A stretch of 64,000 bases of DNA from Balanoglossus misakiensis. Its lineage: Eukaryota > Animalia > Hemichordata. A program made the position numbers and the translations under genes. The first letter of the stretch is position 1; each line of letters starts with the position of its first letter. Location of the stretch: positions 8,313,403-8,377,402 of the forward strand of contig CM082587.2 in assembly GCA_040954595.2 (NCBI GenBank), given 5' to 3'. Shown piece by piece: positions 12,901 through 25,400 of this stretch. The notes under the pieces were generated by a model. That model saw nothing but the letters and a program-made list of their open reading frames with translations. It was not told the origin of the DNA and did not search any database.

Positions 12901-15900
12901 TTTATTGTAATAGACTGTATGTATTTTTAAACTATATCTACTATATATATAGGTCACTAGTCCCAATTATTGGCGAGTCAAAGATTGTAGACACCTATGA
13001 AATATTAGGTACCAGTAACCATGAAGACTACATAGTCACACATGTCATGAATACTGACAACGGCCGGTGGACTTTTAAAGAGGCTACAGCAGAGGTAAGG
13101 GAAAGACAATACATCAACCTATTTCCAACCAAGCAACACCAAAGCATTAATTTAAAAGAATATTAAAATAGTCTTGACTAGCAAATTTCTATTGTGTACG
13201 AAAATATTGCCACGGCATTCTACTTAGGTGATTGTGGAAAATAAAAACATTCAGTTTTTACATAAAATATCATGATGCCTGAGAGTGATTTTTGTTCATT
13301 ACACTTACATTTGGCTATCACGAAAAAGTAAACTACAGTCTATGTAATTACTTGTCTAAGTCAGTGTCAATGCAGTTGGCAAAATTGCTGGGTAAATGGC
13401 TGGTTTTCTGATTGTATTCCTACCACCATCACTGTATACTTTAAATGTCTACAATTTAATTGTGAAACCTTTTTCAGGAAAAAGTGGTATACTCCAGAAA
13501 CACTCGACGGCTTCCGATGTACACCTTACCACTGAACATATTCGTTGATGACACGAGTGGCAATAAATCGAAGCAGTGGAACAGCTACCATGTTCTGTCT
13601 GTCCAGTTGTCTGGCTTACCAATCAAAGAAAAGGATAAACTTAGAAATGTTCACTTCCTTTCAACATCAAACATCGTGCAGTCAACAGAATTGATCGTTC
13701 CTGTTATTGAAAACATCAAGCAATGCAATGATGGTGTTCTTGTGTTCGATGCATCTACTGGGAAAGATGTAATTGTGAGACCAAAGATTGCAATTGGTAT
13801 CTTCGATAGTGTGATGGGATCAAAAATGGCAAATCACTTAGGAGCTACTGCAAACCATCCATGCAGAGTGTGTGATGTAAGTAAGAGATGTGCAATACTG
13901 TGCCGAAGACGTTCCATTCTCACAAGGTCCTTGGGGTTGTGGTTGAATGTCTAGGCTCAAAAAGAACAAAATAGTCTGGAATAAATTAAAGATAAATGTA
14001 TATGTTTTGTAACACAGATTAGCAAGACTACTCTTTCTCAAGTTGGGACTCGGAGAACCAAAAACAAAGTAAAGGAAATAATTAAAGAAATAGAGGCAGC
14101 TGAAACAGAGAGTGAGCGAAGGAAAATTCGTACACGAAATGGCATCAGAGAGGGCTACAACAGCTTTCTCGACATTGACAATTTTAGTCCCTATAGGTAC
14201 GTATGATTTGACCAAATGTAGATATTGTCTACCGAGGAAACAAATTCATTAAATTTGTTAAATAACAAGATACAATCCGGCTTTACATTTTACGCAGAAG
14301 ATGAACAGTTTGTAATTTAAAAAGTGATATAAAATATGAAAAAATTGCATCCAAATTTAGGTGGACATCTACATCTGTTTACTGAAGAGAAACAGATATT
14401 GAAGTGGCTATGATTTAATCTAGAAAATGTATATTGTTATTACCAGTGACACACCCCAAGATAGGCTGCATGCTGTCCTCATTAATCCAAACAAGAACCT
14501 GTTCGGTGAGATTATGAGAATAATGGATGAAAACGACAGAGCAATCCTGAAGCTTTCTTTGGAGGAATTCGATTGGTCTTCATTTGAAAGACGGCTAACT
14601 TCAAAGTCAATGGACCACTACGGCAGTTTCATCGGAAGGCACTACAAAATCTGGGTATGTTAGTTCTAATGAAAACAAAAACAAAACAGAAAGGTGGAAG
14701 AATTTTTTCCAATTAATCAACACAGTAATTTGAAAATAAGAATGCAGGAAGAGCAAAATGATAAAATGGATATTAAACAATGACAGGACATAGTCTATAA
14801 TATGTATCATTTCATGTTTGTGAATATATGTGTGTGTGTGTGTATGTCATTATATAAAAAGACATATAAAGTATAATTTCTTATTTTACAACAGATACAA
14901 ATTGCCCCTTTCCATCTGGCACGGTGTAGCTCTGTCCCAATTGGATACATAAAAGCATACTGTCTTTTGTCAGAAGTAAGTTACAGACACATATAGTAAT
15001 TGAAATTTTTACAAAAAGTGAAGAGAACTAAAACTACTTACCTCCATTCTTTGATGATGTACGTGCAGTCTTATCTACCTTTGGGGAGCACAACCAAAGC
15101 TATCATCTCGTTACTTCTATGCAGTCTACAATGAAATGATTGAATTCAGCAGCACTACTTCTAAAAATGCCAGAGAGTTACAAATTGATTTTGGTAACTG
15201 TGATGACGAGTATATCTGGAAACAAATTTTAAAGGAAAGGAGGATTATACACAATGGAGTGAACAGTATGATTGCTTTAAAATTTTATTATTCCCCTTTC
15301 TGTACCATGTAGATAACTCATCTCATATATAGACATGGATCTTATACAAATGAAGAACTGCAAAATCTACAATTGGCAGTGCAGGAGTTGGTATCAAAAC
15401 TGACGGAGATTGGCAGTACGCTAATAAGGTATCTGACCTTAAAACTTCAGAAAACCCCAAAATCAAGTACGTGGCCGAGCAAAAAAACAAACAAAACAGG
15501 TGTGAATGGGTCTGGCAGACCCTTGTCCGGACAATTTTGGTCCCAGTCGAATGGGGTGGTTTGTGGTTGACCCTGGTCTCAACCTGGTGTTTGTGGACAC
15601 ATTTTGTCAGACTCTGTTCCTAGTTGACGCCCTTTACAGTTAACATAACAGTGTAGGCTATCATTTGACAATGGTAAAATTTGTATAAACAATCAGAAGA
15701 GAATTACATGGTTCTGCTTTATAAGGTCAAAGATTGGTGTGAGGCGACATTGGCCAGGACTATTTCGTTTTAGAAGCATGCATATAACTCACCTAAATTA
15801 ATTTCTTTTAATTGTAAGGAAGCAGACGACACACTATCTTCTGCACATCGCAGGTGATATCATCAAGCACGGGCATGCCCAAGGCTACCAAGCTGAAAAG

Positions 15901-18033
15901 TTCGAGGAAGAAAATGGGAGGGTGAGGTTGGTGCAAACATACACGAACCGACACAATCCCAGTTCGGATACAGTAAATCATCTCGCAAAACAAGAAGTGT
16001 TGCGGTTCCTAATAGATGGTGGGAAGTGGAAAGTAAATGAAAATATGTACGTAATTTCCAAATGATAGACCTAGCTATGACAGTTATATGCCATAGACAA
16101 TAGTTCATGACAGGCAGATATTTTTTCGCATACATGTAAGGTTATACTGACCAATAGAAAAGACAGACTCCCAACGTCTGGGGAAAATACTTTAGAACAA
16201 TTCCGCTGACAGGATTTTGACCAGCTGCTGATTGTCCGATCTAGACTATCAGTGTGACCTGAAATATTTAGAAAGTTCTAGAAGGTCATTCAAATGTCAA
16301 GTTGGAATTGGTAAAACCCTGTTAGAACAATTGTGCAGTATAGAAACAATGCCTCACACATGTTTACTCACCTCTTTCCACAGACCATTACGTTGCATTT
16401 TCAAATGACCTGTATTCTCTCTGTCTGTCATCAAATTGGCAACGTAGGGAGACTTTGAAAGATAACCTGTACACTTTGTCATCAAATACTTTCTCTATGC
16501 ACTGTTCCAAAATCATCCCTAAAAATACAAAATATAAGTTTTCCATATGTCATATCAATTTGTTCTAATGATAATAACATGGACTACAGAAAGCATAATT
16601 CAGACCTCATGTCATCTTTGACTGGTATACACAATTTCATTTGTTGCAGATATGAGGCAGCTCAAGGTGTCAAAGGGTTTGGACAGACAGAAACTGTCAA
16701 CAACTACCTGTTTGGCAGAGAAGCCAGCGTGGTCAAATTTTCCGGCAAACTGGTCCAACCGCACCGAGACCAACACCATCACAAAAAGACAGCATCAACC
16801 AAGGATATTCCACTACACCACCAACAGCTACTGGACTTCTTCCAAGTTCCAAACTTAACATTGGGTGACATAGGAAATGGCAGCTACGCAACCTACAATG
16901 GTGTGGTTGCCAAATCGGATGAGACGGTTAGAGTAGGATCGTCAGTCTTATACAAAGACAAAGACAGCAAGGTATTAATACTAAATATACAGGTGACTTT
17001 TGATGGCATCAAAGAATCGAACACATAGTACTCAAGCTGAGCTCAGATAACTCAAAATTCCATTCCAGTTGACATTTGAAATCTTATCAAGCTTTGTTTT
17101 TTCTCATAAGATATTTAAGCAGTAACCCCACCTCGGACAGGTACATGTATACAAAAATTTTCAACTCCTTGTAAACAGTAACTTTCAAAACAAGGAGAAT
17201 ATTTGCTAACCAAAAAAAAACAAAGAAACTTACAAAAAACTCGCTAAATATTGAATATTTCTGATATCAGAATTGAACAAAAGTTGCACACATATATGTG
17301 TTATGAAATTGTATCCTAAATTTCAAAGCAATCAGAGAAAACAATTTCAAAACAGTTTTAAAGAAAATACTTGTTCGAAAGTGGCAAAAATACAAATATC
17401 ACCAAATTTGTACAATATCTTACTTCAATCACTATAAGGAACAAAGTTCAATGCAATGTGACATGCGGAAACAATTTTTTAAAAAAAATTGGAAAAAAAA
17501 TTCCCCAATAACACATTTATGCAAATATCAGAATTTTTTTTAGCAAAATCTTACTTGGGTTCCCTCTATTTGATAAATTCTGACTAGAGTCACCCCATGA
17601 ACATCTATATCAAGTTTCAAATCAAAGTTATCCATCTGTAATGGCTACATTATATTGATGTCAACAGGTAAAGATTGGAATGGTCAGCGCAATCTTTGAA
17701 GTCAAGATAGGCAGACATCCAATCAGAGGCCTGGTACAGATCCAGGAGTACAATGTACATCAAGAATTTGATGACTTGTTTGGATGTCAGGTTGTACACC
17801 GGGAAGGGAGCTACAAACTAGTACCACCGCAAAACATCATACAAATGGTCAGCATCGTTCACGACTGTTGTGGTGGACATTGTCACCTACAGCTGTTGAA
17901 TAAAGTATTTCAAATAGAAAGAAACAACGTGAGACGCCTTAAAAGCGTATTTAAATGCAATGCAAATCACAATGTGTATCTCCTCAACAGATTTAGGTTC
18001 ACACACCTTAAAAAAACATACGGGGTTGACTAG
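9966..18033 (+). CDS. Transposase of CMC/EnSpm-Plavaka-like RNase H-fold type, 14 exons, ~966 aa, N-terminal C2H2-type zinc finger
   Basis: Exons 9966-10340, 10490-10612, 10791-10888, 11498-11651, 11891-12000, 12953-13094, 13478-13876, 14018-14196, 14447-14654, 14895-14975, 15313-15428, 15819-16046, 16650-16971, 17668-18033. All introns GT-AG, phases consistent, no internal stop seen. Motifs: CKTC..RHVQSKRH, WYPFPSK, FVDDTSGNKSKQWN, IFDSVM..HPCRVC, DTPQDRLH, HYLLHIAGDIIKHG..EKFEEEN, VHDCCGGHC..YLLNRF. Confidence 0.85.
11055..11300. mobile_element. Kolobok-like MITE (AGGGACAAAG TIR) in transposase intron 3
   Basis: TTAA-AGGGACAAAGCCTC ... GAGGCTTTGTCCC-TTAA; same family as 12053-12210 and 12460-12805. 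Confidence 0.75.
12053..12210. mobile_element. Truncated copy of the AGGGACAAAG MITE in transposase intron 5
   Basis: Left half only; aligns with 11055-11220 and 12460-12620, then breaks into the exon-1 duplicate. Confidence 0.7.
12211..12456 (+). repeat. Intronic duplicate of part of transposase exon 1 (zinc-finger region)
   Basis: Near-identical to 9972-10220, with a few substitutions and a 3-nt deletion; gives the 80-aa ORF 12217-12459. Confidence 0.9.
12460..12805. mobile_element. Complete AGGGACAAAG MITE (long palindrome) in transposase intron 5
   Basis: TTAA|AGGGACAAAGTCTC ... GAGACTTTGTCCCT|TTAA; the two halves are long imperfect inverted repeats. Confidence 0.8.
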
Positions 18034-18230
18034 TGGACAGTTACATGCTCACAAAGTAGCCGTGTGGTGCCTCAGTTACCCAGAGGAGGGAGGCTATGGG
18101 TGCTACACCTTGCCCAAGGGTGACCCAGCACAGCAGCAATTAAGGGTGTAGTGACATTCTCCCCCAAGCCCAGGTATTCCCATACTAGGGCCTTGCTGCC
18201 GGATGCAGTTTATTGTCATACCCAGGACAT
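18034..18230 (+). mobile_element. Possible 3' tail of an RTE-type LINE/SINE directly after the transposase stop
   Basis: Abrupt rise in GC; ends in GATGCAGTTTATTGTCATACCCAGGACA, which resembles RTE-type 3' ends I recall from invertebrate genomes. No TSD found. Confidence 0.3.
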
Positions 18231-18455
18231 TACGTATACAGTATGAACAAGTGTCATTGTATTTTTTTTACATATAGTCTTTTGTAGTGTCACTTGAAAA
18301 GTTAATCAAAAAATTGATGCTTCATTTACTAAACAAGTAAAAGTGTAAGCTGTATTCTATAGTATATATCTGTAGTACTTAAGCAATAGAATGTTTTATA
18401 TAAAATAGTACTTTTGATCATTTTTGGTTGTTCAATTTTTTACATCCTTTTATAT

Positions 18456-20446
18456 TGTAACCAGGCATAGACTTCCCCGATTTCCGCCTCTATAATTGTC
18501 CCCAAGGCCCTCCCTCACCCAGACTTGGATCATGCCTTGGGCTTTCGTTCATTTGTGAGAAACCACTTGGATTGTGGGGCTTGTGATTTCCACTCGGGGC
18601 ACCCCAATGTTCTTCATTTGGGTCTGAAAATTGAACTTTGTGTCTGAAAGTGTTTCTGGGCATGTGCGTCATTTGCATTCTGTTGGCAGGGTGCATGATC
18701 ATTATAACACAATATTGCTTGTGGCACAAGTTCAATTAAGATTATACATTGGTTTAATGTTATTATTCAGTTTATATCCACCAGTTTTCACATCTTGTTA
18801 TTTTTGACATTAAAACTTTGTTGATTTGACTTTTGTCTGGCTGCACTTTTCGTTTTTTTTTTTGAAGTTTCAATTTCATGAGAACTACATGCATTAACTT
18901 TATATTGGTGCTATATTGAGGAGGGCAACTACTTTTGGCATTTACACCAGGGCTCCTATTGCTACAATTCATGTAACTGTCTGATGAATAGTCAGAATGA
19001 GAGGAACTTCCTGTTTTTGTGTCGTACACAACTTTCTTGTGAAACTCTGGTGTCAACCTAAGGCGGGGCACGTCTTTCAACATGCCAGGTGTAACCCTAC
19101 CAAATTTGTTTCTAAGAGCAATAATTGCTCGGGCTACCTTCTCCCCTACCCCTGGTAAAGTTTTCAGGGTCCTAATGTTACATGTATTAATATACACTTC
19201 GTGATTGAGGTCATCCTGATAGAATCGGAGACAGCTGGTCAATCACCTCAACAATTAACATAACAAAATTACCCCAGAGGTTCAACTTCAATTCAAAAGG
19301 AACGTCCTGGGTAATAGTGAAACAATTAGGTGCTTATCCCCGGAAGCTAAATCAACCTGGGAAATCACTGTGGTGGGCCCTTCGAGATGTTTGATGAGCC
19401 CGTTAGTGCTGTACTTCTTCCCCTCGTAACTTTTTTTTAAACGTACAGCCAAGTTCGCCAAAATAAAAATCACAATACTTGACACACACTGCTGGTTGTC
19501 CCAGGCAACACCAGCTTAAGGTTGATAAATATAAAACGTTTTTTTATTGAAAAGAATAATCACGAACGTAAATAAATAGGCCACTCGCATGAACCGAGTG
19601 ATAAATAAAAGATGTAAACGGAGTAAAATAAACGAACGCTCACTCACTCCCACACAAAAAAGACGCGGAATGTACCATACCGTTCTCTGGAAACGGCTGG
19701 AAAAGTTTCTGCGCATGCGCGGAACGCTGCTCCGAAACACGTTTTTCTGGAGTGAGGGTCGCTAAAAAATAGAACAGACGACACACGTAAACGCGAACAA
19801 ACAAAATGTGCGATTGAAAATTCAGAAAAATATTCAAGAAAATCCTGAACGCTATCAAAAACAGATGAATGATTCATCAATCGGAATGAAAAACGTGTTG
19901 AAACCAAGAGCAGACTGCTGCCTCTACGACAATGGCCCCGTTTCCACCCACGTGGTTAGTAAGAAAATCCACGGAAAATTCGCTGAAAACTATCTTCAAA
20001 ACCCCGGCACCGTCCCTAAATATCACTAAAAATCCCCCGCGGAAATTAAGAGTTTGCCCAGTGTCTTCTGGCCCCGGTAATTCTCGATATCCCACTTTTC
20101 CTTACCCAGAAAAGCCCCACGTCTCACCCGGACGCAATCGCCGAATTCCGCCGAAGCTCAGAAACACCACTCTACTCCTTCCCCGCGTAACGTGTACTTG
20201 GACCATTTGCCAAGTCTACCTCACTCCAGGTTCGCACGCAAACTGCTCGCAGCGCCAATGTTGTGAAATAGCCGATTCGCCGCGTCCTGACTGACCTATT
20301 ACCACGGGCTATAACTTGACTACGTCTACATGCTCTGCACAGCCCCAAAACCACGCTGTTGGTCCATCCTCAGCCAGGCGTAGACTCCTCCACCGATTCC
20401 CACCGTACCTGGAGGACTGCACTGACGCATGGCGGGGCAGGTCACA
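18456..20446 (-). mobile_element. Probable ~2-kb solo LTR (Gypsy-like) nested in the DNA transposon
   Basis: Ends TGTAAC...GTCACA (TG..CA with 5/6 inverted match); flanks TATAT/TGTAT (4 of 5 match); GC/CpG-richer than its surroundings; contains a decayed ORF start. Confidence 0.45.
18772..19242 (-). pseudogene. Helix-hairpin-helix (ComEA/HHH_3-like) ORF, probably frameshifted
   Basis: VYINTCNIRTLKTLPGVGEKVARAIIALRNKFG matches the VNINxAxxxELxxLPGIGxxxAxxIIxxR HhH pattern. The nearest ATG (MTSITK, ~19215) is out of frame by one base, and coding-like sequence resumes in 18735-18490. Confidence 0.65.
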
Positions 20447-20820
20447 TGTATATGAACTGATCAAAATGGCGGGAAGAAAATTAGATACAATGTAAACGCT
20501 CTACGTGCGAAGTGTTTTTTGAGCTATAGAAATCGAATTCACTGAATTAATGACATAAAGGTTCTGTGTTTCGTGATATACTTTGAATATCTTTTGTCAT
20601 TTTCTCGAAAAAGTTGGTCGATATACTGAACAAATCCGTTTTCCTCCAACGTGCAGGCGAATATTTGCATGTGAAAAGCACACATAGAACGTCACCTATT
20701 CAAATGCAAATTACTAAAAATGACGGAGACTTGCATAAGGGCCCTTTTCCATTGCGGCGGCCCAAATAATATTAAATGAAAATACCACAAACTATGACCC
20801 TGTAAAAAAAATCTTTGCAA

Positions 20821-20823
<3 letters not shown>

Positions 20824-20860
<37 letters not shown>
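20824..20860. repeat. (CA)n microsatellite
   Basis: About 18 CA units. Confidence 0.95.
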
Positions 20861-20867
<7 letters not shown>

Positions 20868-20989
20868 AACGCAATAAAAAAAAATGCCCGTTGTGTGGTC
20901 AAACAGTACTCGTAAGTTGTAGTATCCCTAAGCCAGCGGTAATTAATCGTGAAGTTTTACATGCCGCGGCGCATTTTGATCTATTTCGT

Positions 20990-21210
20990 CGAAAGGTTTG
21001 TCAAATCTTAAAAACAAAGCTTAAATGAAGCATGGTGAGAGAGGTAAGCTTTTTTAAAGGTTTGGCCAAAACCTTCCCCCAAGATTTGATACACAACCTT
21101 GGCACAAGATTTGGAGATAGGCTTGGAGTAACATTTTCAACAAACAAGCTTGGCCAAACCTACAGACGAATACCTTCGGCCAAGATTAGAGTACGGCCAA
21201 GCTTGGCCAA
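20990..21210. repeat. Right subterminal repeat array of the transposon
   Basis: Repeated AAGCTT / TTGGCCAA / ACCTT motifs mirroring 5338-5660. Confidence 0.7.
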
Positions 21211-21703
21211 AGGTATTGCACAATCGCGTGTGTAGAGGTCAAAGGTTAAATGTTTCATTTGATTTTTGAGCAGTTTTCGGGGTTGTGTGTCGCAGGAAAA
21301 CGATCCGTTTTTCAAGGTTTCCCGTTCGTACTTTAGAAATCGGTGGTGACTGGTGTGAAGTAAATTTATTGCTCTTTATTAGGGAGTAATTTTTTTCTTC
21401 GTTGTCGGTAATTTGTGTCAAAAATCCTTCGGCGAAGAAAATGGTCAGTGGAAATTGTTGGCCATTCCGTCTGCTTCGTTTCGAACGAGAATGCACAGCG
21501 CCCCCACGGTAAAACTGGGCTGGGTTAACGTTGACAGCCAGCTCCACGATTAAACACATTTACCAATCTCGCATGCAGTTATTTACATCCTCTGTCAACT
21601 ATAAAATACATCCGTGAGATCATAGCAGTACGTAAAATGGAAAAAAAAATGTGAATCTACAATCGAATATTGGATTCACGTCAAGCGCCGGCGAGGTCCA
21701 GAA

Positions 21704-21776
21704 GGGCCTGTGGCGCAACGGATAACGCGTCTGACTACGGATCAGAAGATTCCAGGTTCGAATCCTGGCAGGCTCG
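21704..21776 (+). tRNA. tRNA-Arg (anticodon ACG)
   Basis: 73 nt GGGCCTGTGGCGCAACGGATAACGCGTCTGACTACGGATCAGAAGATTCCAGGTTCGAATCCTGGCAGGCTCG. Full cloverleaf, A and B boxes, anticodon loop CT-ACG-GA, and a downstream T-run (Pol III terminator) at ~21787. Confidence 0.97.
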
Positions 21777-22038
21777 GGCCTTCAATTTTTTATTCACTCG
21801 GACGTTTTTTTTCCTTTTACTTTTCTATTGTCACTTAGACAACAAAGCATACAGGACTTATTTATTGTCTCTTGTAACGAAGCACGTCTTTTTCACGTCA
21901 CTCGAATTAATTTAACTCATATTTTGGTCAAATAGAACGCCTGCTGCCAGGTAAAATGGCAAACAGCATCGACCGAAACTGTCCTTTCATATACATGTAC
22001 ATATTAATTTCCCCACATGCTCATCTTTGCAAGTGAAA

Positions 22039-22484
22039 TGATGCCGCGGCATATTGATGAACCGGGACATTGTCCTGATCAGGTCACAGTCAGTGTATTC
22101 CAAAGCCTGTGCCCTGATCCCTCACTTCAGTTGGCAAGTGATTCTGAAGAAAGTGATTTTAACGCTGAAAAATTAGCGGAAATCGACAATTTAATCATGC
22201 AAGGTAATGATTACAGAAACGATAACTTAATCAGATACCGGAAAACTAATATTCAGGAGGCCTAATATCTATATAGGAGTTCAAGTTAATGTCGCCTTTA
22301 CGTGATTTTTTTATTTCCAGGTACAGACACAAGAACATCTTCAGCAGATGAAATCGCCGGAACTTCTACAGATACACCGGAGCTCCAGTACCCCAAGAAG
22401 ACGATTCATATAAAGTGGACAGTCAGAAATTTGTTGAGGGGGGCTTCTAGAAGGTATTCCTTCAGAAACAGAGAGGGAAATTAA
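22039..22484 (+). pseudogene. Two-exon gene fragment, possibly the N-terminus of a Crypton/DUF3504-type protein, cut off at the Helentron array
   Basis: The phase-1 donor at 22203 (CAAG|gtaatg) and acceptor at 22320 (ccag|GT) join in frame. PKKTIHIKWTVRNL weakly resembles the NTxxxTxWAVxxF motif. Confidence 0.25.
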
Positions 22485-22490
22485 AAGGAA

Positions 22491-25400
22491 ATTAAAGCTG
22501 CAAGCAGCGTTGAAGGGGCCCAAGCATAGAGTTAATAACCATTAGACTCCATTCAGGGTTGTACCATTCAAATGCGTAGTCTGTATTTGCTCTGGATGTG
22601 GAGATATGGGGAAGTAGGCAACCACCCGAAATGGATGTCTTACAAGTACAAACACAACAACCAAAGGTGAACTTCTACGTTGTAAGTACTTCAGTTACTT
22701 CAAAGGTCAGCTGAGGGTATCCAAAAATTGGGCCAAAAATTAGGATTCTTATTTGGTTCATATTCAAGACAACGGAAAATAATCGCTGTTTGGGTTTGTC
22801 AAATTATATATGGCCATAATAATGAGTTAAGCAAGTAAGTTACAGGTAGCCCCTAAAATTTAGCATTTCCTACCCGACCCCTCTAAACACCTGGCTATAC
22901 ATGATGTGCATGCTAACATATGGAAAGCAGGTCAATGGACACCTGATGTCACCCAAAAATTTGACAAAAAATGTTCTTTCCTGTTTATGTCATGTGCAAC
23001 AAATCCTACATTTGCAGCCCTTTCACTTTGCCTACCATTAGGTATGCACGTAATACATGAATCAAGCAGGTGTCGCAGGTATCCGCTGTATTTGGCATTT
23101 CATGATAGTTTCGCTCCGAATACCAAAGCTGCACTTGTACAACGGGCTGAGGTATGGCACTGTACGACAGAGGTCATCCAAATCAACTTATACATTTGGG
23201 CAAAAACCAACTGACACTTACATTCGTCCCTGTGGAACAAAAACCACACCTATCGCCCTGTTGGTTAGTGTCCAATTAAATGTACAAAATCAATGACTTA
23301 GGCAGGTGCAACAGGTGACCCCGCCTTTGGTATATCTTTATGGTCCCATCCATATATACCCCCCCCACGCCAAAAGTAGGTGAAATGTCACATAAGATCG
23401 CCCATAAGGCTGCATTCACAAACACCTCTTGAAGGGGGGGGGGGGGGGCGGGAGAATTCAATTTTTTTTACCGCTAATTTTCACATGCCCCCCGTACACA
23501 ACCCGAAAAATTTCAAATCCCCCCCCCCTTCCGAACTGCCAAAATTTTGAAATCCCCCCTACCCATTTTCTTTCACAGAGCAAAACACATCACCTAGTAT
23601 CTATCTTGTAAAAAAAGAAAAACAGCGCTCCCATTTTTTAAGAATTTGTATCCTGTGTTGGGTGACATTGTAAACCGAGAATTGAAGGGGGTGGGTTTGG
23701 GAGGGGGTGCACGTAAGAAAATTTTATAAAATACAGAGCTCAAAGCTGCATTTTAATGAACCCGGCAAAGGCAAATTAACTCAACTACCGGTATGTTGGG
23801 GAGGACAACTTTAACCGTCGACGCTCATAGTTATCATGGGTCCCCTGACCTGGGACACTAGATAAACCAATCAATGATTGAAAGGTGTTGATGAATGGAG
23901 GGGGTGGGTGTCCCCCTCCCCATTAGAAAATTTTGTAAAATAAAGGGCGCGAAACTGCATTTTTGTGGACTCAAAATAAATATTTAGTCGTCAAAGTTTT
24001 CAAGTCCCCCCCTTTCAGTCCCTAAATTATTTCCAATCCCCCCCTTACATACCCTCAATTTTTTTCAAATCCCCCCCCTCAATTCTCCTGCCCCCCCCCC
24101 CCTCCTGAGGTGTTTGTGAATGCAGCCTAACTTGACAGGAAAATCGGACTTCATATTGATCCATTTGCAACAAATACCACACTAGCATCCCTTTCATTGA
24201 CCCCACAATTACGCATGCACATAATTGAGTTACGCAGGTGTCACAGGTGACCCCCGAATCGGGCGTATTATTTTGGTCCCATACAGCTGCATGAAGCTGC
24301 GTGCCATTACTGGCGACCTGATAACCCCCACGGCCACCTGCGGGCCAACCCCCATACTGAACTTTCAGTTGCAACGTCACGACTGAAGTAGGAACTGTTG
24401 AACGGCAAAGAAGCCTGATCTCTGATTATTGCTGGTACCATACTCCCTTCGTGCAAGAAAATCATTGGTCTGCTGACGTATTTCGGCCACATTAGCGACT
24501 GAGGGTCAAAGTCCGCAGCCGCATTACATTGAATGTTAACCAGTGTAGCCGGGTCTAGATAGAAACATTTGAACGGCAACAGCTAACAAACTCAGCGTAA
24601 TTCAATAAAACGCCCTAACACAGCCTGAACGCCGATAATGTGTTATCCCAAAATTCATTCCGTGGAAAATAATCACTGGTCTGTTTACGTATTTCAGCCG
24701 ATTTTCCAAGGTCTACTGCAACCCGCCAGAAGTGAGTAGCCTGCTAATGAGATCTCCACAACATTACGTAATGACGGTCAAAGTCCGATGCCCCAGTGTC
24801 CATCCTCAGCCCACCAAAAATGCGAAAAATATTACAAAAATCTTCTTCTCAAAATCGACGTGGCCTAGGACCTTGAAATTTGGCACAGGGGATTTTGGCC
24901 ACATGGTCTACAAAAATCGCGAAAAGAATGTACATTCCCCCATTAACGTGCAAATTAGGTCAATTTGAAAATTTCGCTCGATTATAGCCACCAAGTCACG
25001 TGACTAATTACAAATTCAAAGGGCAGGTGCACCAGTACTCATGGGCCCCAATCATCGTGCCAAACTTCATAGGCGCAGGTGCCGGAATTTCAGAGAAAAA
25101 CGGGAGCAAAAAAACGACTCAAGAAGAAAGAAGAAATATAGCTGCAAGCAGCGATGACGGGCACAAGCTTAAGCCGAAGGTCAAAGGTCATATGTGGTCA
25201 CCCAAAATTTGGGCAAAAAATGTTGATCCCATACTAGTCCAGGTCCAACAAAAACCAGACCTCTAGCCCTATTGGTTTGTCTGAAATTATATATGCGCAT
25301 AATTAATTATGTAAAGTGTAAGACTCCATTAATAGTTCGATCCATCCAAACATAAATGCTGTACCTGTTCTGGATGCCGAGATATAGGAAAATGGGTCAA

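Larger units (their letters stand above)
5313..21232 (+). mobile_element. Full-length (~15.9 kb) CMC/EnSpm(CACTA)-Plavaka-type DNA transposon
   Basis: Left end CACACGCGATTGTGCTATACCTTGGGCCAAGCTTGGCCG matches the reverse complement of the right end CGGCCAAGCTTGGCCAAAGGTATTGCACAATCGCGTGTG with 2 mismatches. TA on both sides (5311-5312, 21233-21234). Subterminal repeats at both ends and an internal transposase gene. Confidence 0.88.

Noticed and set aside
18772-19242. Bacterial comEA horizontal transfer or contamination
   Set aside because: No signal peptide or operon context; HhH domains of this type occur in eukaryotic proteins, and the ORF sits in an LTR-like block within spliced animal DNA.
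21704-21776. Functional link between tRNA-Arg(ACG), which carries inosine 34, and the nearby ADAR
   Set aside because: I34 is made by ADAT2/3, not ADAR; proximity is most likely coincidence.
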